64,000 nt of DNA from Tubiluchus corallicola (lineage: Eukaryota; Animalia; Priapulida), in the NCBI GenBank assembly GCA_030141605.1, contig JAQGDQ010000941.1, positions 1-64,000 on the forward strand, given 5' to 3'. Under the pieces are notes generated by a model. It ran no database searches, was not told where the DNA came from, and was given only the letters and a program-made list of their open reading frames with translations. The position numbers and the translations under genes were made by a program. Positions 36,520 to 64,000 of this stretch are shown one piece after another (positions within the stretch are counted from its first letter, which is position 1; every line of letters begins with the position of its first letter).

Positions 36520-36868
36520 AATAAGCCTTTTCGTTGCGCACACGCGTAGTTGCTGTAGGTCAAAGGTTAATTGTACCACAGCAACGCGTCTACCACTACA
36601 ACTGTCACGTGACATGTGAGTAAAGCAAAGTCTAGTTGAGTAACTTCAGTTGTTTTATGTGGACTTTACTTAATTGTGTATCAGTCTGTGTGGGACCTTA
36701 AGCACTACGAAACGTTGTATAGCTAGCATTTGTCGCTTTTTCAATTATTATTACAATATCATGGGCTGCGAGGCGTTGTCAAGTGTACACAAATGCATTG
36801 TCTGGTACACTCAACCTTTGACCTTTTCACGATCATCATCAATCGCTGGAACTATGAAAAGGCTTATT
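36520..36868. mobile_element. Probable foldback MITE
   Basis: aataagccttttc / gaaaaggcttatt ends plus internal aggtcaaaggtt / aacctttgacct inverted pair. Confidence 0.5.
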
Positions 36869-39317
36869 ACTACGTGTAAGCATTAAGTAATTCTGTGAAT
36901 TATTGTAAATACATGTTAAGGGGCTTTCAGGGCCACAAAAACTGTTTGTAATCTCGGCCTAAAGGGAACATACAATACTTATCTACTTCTGCTATGATAA
37001 TGGCCATGTTTAGAATAAGAGAGTGTTTTTAAGCCACTACATTACTGCCATGTTTAAAATGAAATGCTATTTTTAAATCAACTACATCACCAGAATAAGA
37101 TACTGTTTGTTTTAATAAACTATATTACCAAAATAGCCATATTTAGAATGATATGTTTTCTAATCCGCTACATTACCATTATGATCATCTTTTGCGAGAT
37201 GTCTTTTGATACATTTCATTGCCATATGTGGAATCGGATTTTCTAATGCGTTACATTACAACTGTGACAAGTAAGCTAATCCACTACCATGTTTAATGCG
37301 ACATTTTTTAAATAAAGCGGATTACCACTTTTGCCATGTTCAGAATGATGTCTTTTGATCCACTACATGACCATTATGACTATGTTGAGAAAGAAATGTT
37401 GTTTAATCCACAACATTACCACTAGATGGCGCTGTAGATGTGACAATTTGGAACAAAACAAACAACACAATTGTTCTCTTTGCGATCCATTCACTATTGC
37501 AAGGGGGGGGCTCAGCTTTCATTCAGTATCTTCCATGACGTCACAAGTGGTTTAGTTACATTAGTCACAATCGATACACAGGAATAAAATGGTGTACAAA
37601 GTCATGCATCAATCACCGGCCGAACAACTGGAATGTTTACAAATAACGAATGCGAAAAGTAGTGCCAACTGTAATAAATAACAATACCTAGCTCAAACGA
37701 ACACGCCTCATGCACACCTTTACCTAGCTCAAACGAACACACCTCATGCACACCTTTGCTTCGCGTTGCGATTACAGAGCATTACACGCTGGCCAAAACC
37801 AGTATAATATTGCAAATTACACGTACAATTAACAACAACAGGGTCTGGTACACTGATATGATACGTTGAACTTTTGGCACAGACGGGTGATAGTCGTAAT
37901 AAAGTAGTGAGTATGGTTCCTTATGAGAAAACGAAACAAGTTTTTCCCAAATAAAGTAGGGAATTGAAAAGCACATGAATTACCTACAATAACTGATAAG
38001 ATAAATATGGCAAATGAAGCCATACAGGCAATATGGCAAATGAAGCCATACAGGCAATATGGCAAATGAAGCCATACAGGCAATATTGTAAGTGCCAAAT
38101 ACCAGCAGTTTTTTATTAGGAATGTTGAGTGAAACAATACATTAACACTAACTTAAAAAGAGTTCTATTTTTAGAAGAAAAAATATTTTAAGCTGTAGTA
38201 TTTTACACTGTTTTCAAGATGGAAGATCTATAGTGATAATTACTAACCAATGACCATACATTTAAACTGTCCATTTTAGTAACAAAAGAGTAACAACATT
38301 TTACGAATTCCAACATCACAATAAATAGGATATTTAGAAAACTGTTTTACGAGTTGCCTTAACTTAATAAATAATTTACTCGTTAACAGAAAAAGTTTAT
38401 TTACAAGTCATGCAGATAATAAATATTAATTACACGTTTAATTACATTCGAATCAACATTTTAACAAAAAAAAACCGTTGCTTACTAACACTTACAACTG
38501 ACGAAGAAAAATCACTTCTCTTGCATTATGCACTGCACTGATTCCCGTTAAAAATCAAAATTCCGGTGTTACGTTACGTCTTCATAATTAGAATTATTTC
38601 GTTCAACGCAATAACGATGCAGAATAGGTTTATTAATACGACTAATTCATAACCAAACATATATGAATGCTAAAAATGTAGGTGCTTGATATTTGACTGA
38701 CAACTGCTCTGACAATTATCAATAATGACCAAACATTTAGGACTGTAGACACCCACGCACCACTGAAATAATAAGCTACATAATGTCATAATGCACGTAT
38801 GTACTGATACTTCTGTGCACAGTATGGAAACTAGCACATGGCAAAATTCTCATTTTATGGCAATTGTAACTGGGAACTAAAGTGTAAAACACGGGGCATT
38901 ATGGTGGAGTGCACTAACAGTAATGCATATGGCGGAGGGAGCATTTACAAGCTGTGTACTAGCTCTGTCATTGGGGAACAGAATGGCATAATAACAGTAG
39001 TATCATTGTACACTTCATTACTCTGCATGGCGGAGAGCTCAATTACAGTGGCCATGATATGTGTACCACTTTGGTATGGACACAGTACAGTGAACTACAC
39101 AAACTTATACTGTGTCTGGTAAAGAGACAGTTACAGCAGTTGTCTCCACATGTCACCATTGCCTACATTATATAAACCAACAGAAGGTCTATTGGCACTT
39201 AAGAATTATAATAATTAGCAGGGATGCAGCAAAACTTCTGCCAGTGCAGATATGAAGAATTTTTACTTCATAACAATCGACATTGCTAATGTTTTTCCCT
39301 AAAAAAAACCCCATTCA

Positions 39318-61648
<22,331 letters not shown>

Positions 61649-61745
61649 CTATGCAAGTGGAAGGTAAGAATTGGTAAAAATGAGAAAAGTAAAAGTAAAC
61701 AATTTTAAACTAATTGTTTTGTCTTCTTGTAAGTAAATAATACCC

Positions 61746-61917
61746 GTGGTTGTTGTTGTTGTGGTTATGGTTGTGGTCGTGGTAGTTATGGCTGTTGTTG
61801 TTGTTGTTGTTGTTTTGGTTGTTGTTGCTGTTGTTGTTGTTGTTATTATTGTTGTTGTTATTGTTGTTGTTGTCATTGTGGTCATTGTGGCTGCTACTGC
61901 TGCTGCTGTTGCTGCAG

Positions 61918-61949
<32 letters not shown>

Positions 61950-61950
61950 G
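61746..61950. repeat. (GTT)n microsatellite
   Basis: Direct reading. Confidence 0.95.
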
Positions 61951-62764
61951 ATGTCAGTGTTTAATATTTATTTTTCCTTTTACTACCAGTCTACTAATTT
62001 CTTTTAATTGAACCACTTATGTAACTTAACTGTACATGTGCATTTGAAAATAGATGATGTCAATATACATAGTTTGATGAATGGTGAAAGCAGGAAAGGT
62101 TATTTAGGAAACACATGTCCACACAAACCTTGTGTACAGGAATAAAGGTATTCAAACAAGTCACCGTATATCGCAGCAGCACTCATGTCAGATGAATGAA
62201 GGAACGACCTACTCAGGCAAGGATCGGATGAGGTAGTGTGCAACCACAGCATATCAATGGCTAAATAAATTAAAAACAAAATGAATAACCGATTAACTAA
62301 TGTAATTAGAGTTATGAATTCTAATTGCAATAAGCTAGAAATGAATAATCTCACCGCCCACTCGTTTTACCGCACGCCCACTCACTGACCCACAAACAAA
62401 ACTGCCTGCTCCGCCACTTGAATAGTTAGAACACGTGAATTCTAATACCTAGGACTCCGATTCAAACCCGAACTAAATGATAATTTTTCAAAATTTGCAA
62501 CTCGCGCAGTCAACAGTAGAATGTACTTGTTGCTTATTATAAAAACAGTCAATCTTACATAATTCAGAGAAAGCCAAAAATGAACATTACTACATTTTCT
62601 TCTTAGAATCCAAATGATTTGATTTAAACAGCAGTACAGGAAGTTGTTTACTTACGACGTATGCAACTTAAACTGCACGACTTGACGATCCGACCACAAC
62701 TTAATTAATAAACTATGCAAAATTAATAATAACTCGTGTTGCAGGTACAAATGTTATGGTCCAT

Positions 62765-63256
62765 TACCCCTTCTCAAGGTAGTATATGCATTAGAAGCCA
62801 CAATATATTAGACTGTAGTTCAACAAGATAGACTACCCCTTCTCAAGGTAGTATATGCATTAGAAGCCACAATATATTAGACTGTAGTTCAACAAGCTAG
62901 ACTACTTTTTCTCAAGGTAGTATATGCATTAGAAGCCACAATATATTAGACTGTAGTTCAACAAGCTAGACTACTTTTTCTCAAGGTAGTATATGCATTA
63001 GAAGCCACAATATATTAGACTGTAGTTCAACAAGATAGACTACCCCTTCTCAAGGTAGTATATGCATTAGAACCACAATATATTAGACTGTAGTTCAACA
63101 AGCTAGACTACCCCTTCTCAAGGTAGTATATGCATTAGAAGCCACAATATATTAGACTGTAGTTCAACAAGCTAGACTACTTTTTCTCAAGGTAGTATAT
63201 GCATTGGAAGCCACAATATATTAGACTGTAGTTCAACAAGCTAGACTACTTTTTCT
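62765..63256. repeat. 69-bp minisatellite (~7 copies)
   Basis: Unit ttctcaaggtagtatatgcattagaagccacaatatattagactgtagttcaacaag(a/c)tagactac. Confidence 0.93.
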
Positions 63257-63737
63257 ACTCTGACATTGTATAGGTGAAACTTGTTAGGTACACACGTCTT
63301 TGTTATATTTAAAAATTTGACTAATAATTATACTGCTACCTTTTACTGACATTGTGGCTTTTTCTCGACTCAATATTGGACCAACAATGTATGTATGCAT
63401 TTTAGCTACGTTAGTGTAACGTAGTAATCTGTAGCACTTATTTTCTTGCACTTATTTCAGTAGATTTGTAGATGTAGTAAATACAGAAAATTTGTATTTT
63501 TGCAGAATAAACTAACATAGATATGGGAATGCAACTTTGGTTTGAGCGTATACATTACAACTCATATTTCATTTTTTTAAGCAAATTAATTTTAAATCGC
63601 CACCTCTGTTGACAAATGCATCTGCAGGCAATGCCAAACTTGGCACGCGTATGCACAGCATTTTACGTGTAGGAGGTGCACCCCTAGAACAAACGGGTCC
63701 GACTTGCGTCGAAGTCGTCTTACGATCAATCCGCCAG

Positions 63738-64000
63738 AACCGAATGTGGTCGCAAGTCGGGGTTTACTCGTATGTCAACCGACTGTGGTCCCAAGTCGGG
63801 GATTACTCGCACGTCAACCGACTGTGGTCGCAAGTCGGGGATTACTCGCACGTCAACCGACTGTGGTCGCAAGTCGGGGATTACTCGCACGTCAACCGAC
63901 TGTGGTCGCAAGTCGGGGATTAATCGTATGTCAACCGACTGTGGTCGCAAGTCGGGGATTACTCGCATGTCAACCGACTGTGGTCGCAAGTCGGGGTTTA
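63738..64000. repeat. 39-bp GC-rich tandem repeat with internal hairpin, runs off the window
   Basis: Unit ccgactgtggtcgcaagtcggggattactcgcacgtcaa. Confidence 0.92.

Noticed and set aside
63738-64000. CRISPR-like palindromic repeats
   Set aside because: The units are contiguous with no unique spacers, the context is a eukaryotic intron, and there are no cas genes. The same applies to 9424-9864 and 62765-63256.

Overview
AT-rich, intron- and repeat-dense genomic DNA from an invertebrate metazoan (inferred from FoxQ2 plus a Nav2-type channel). Three protein-coding genes are supported by manual exon reconstruction with GT-AG sites and consistent phases. (1) The 3' part of the ceramide transfer protein gene CERT1/COL4A3BP on + (12 exons, 1427-21128: PH end, serine-rich motif, FFAT, START). 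(2) An intronless FoxQ2 on - (28819-29871). (3) The 3' half of a voltage-gated sodium channel alpha subunit on - (39318 to at least 61648: DII-III linker, DIII, DIV, C-tail). Its DIII pore reads ATFEGW and DIV TSAGW, so it is Nav2-type (xxEA), and VLL replaces IFM. Introns hold many MITEs (hAT-like with 8-bp and 6-bp TSDs, pogo/Tigger-like, Kolobok-like), an internally deleted RTE retroelement, 5S- and tRNA-like SINE remnants and many minisatellites. The strongest candidates for undescribed biology are three. First, a candidate alternative last exon in CERT (10651-10782) that starts with the same VYR as the true next exon and would replace the START domain with a hydrophobic tail. Second, an 11-copy 38-bp array that tandemly duplicates a CERT splice donor together with an AG acceptor. 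Third, a duplicated DIII pore-exon end in the Nav gene. Most long ORFs in the supplied track are repeat artefacts. All homology calls come from recognition of family motifs; no searches were run.
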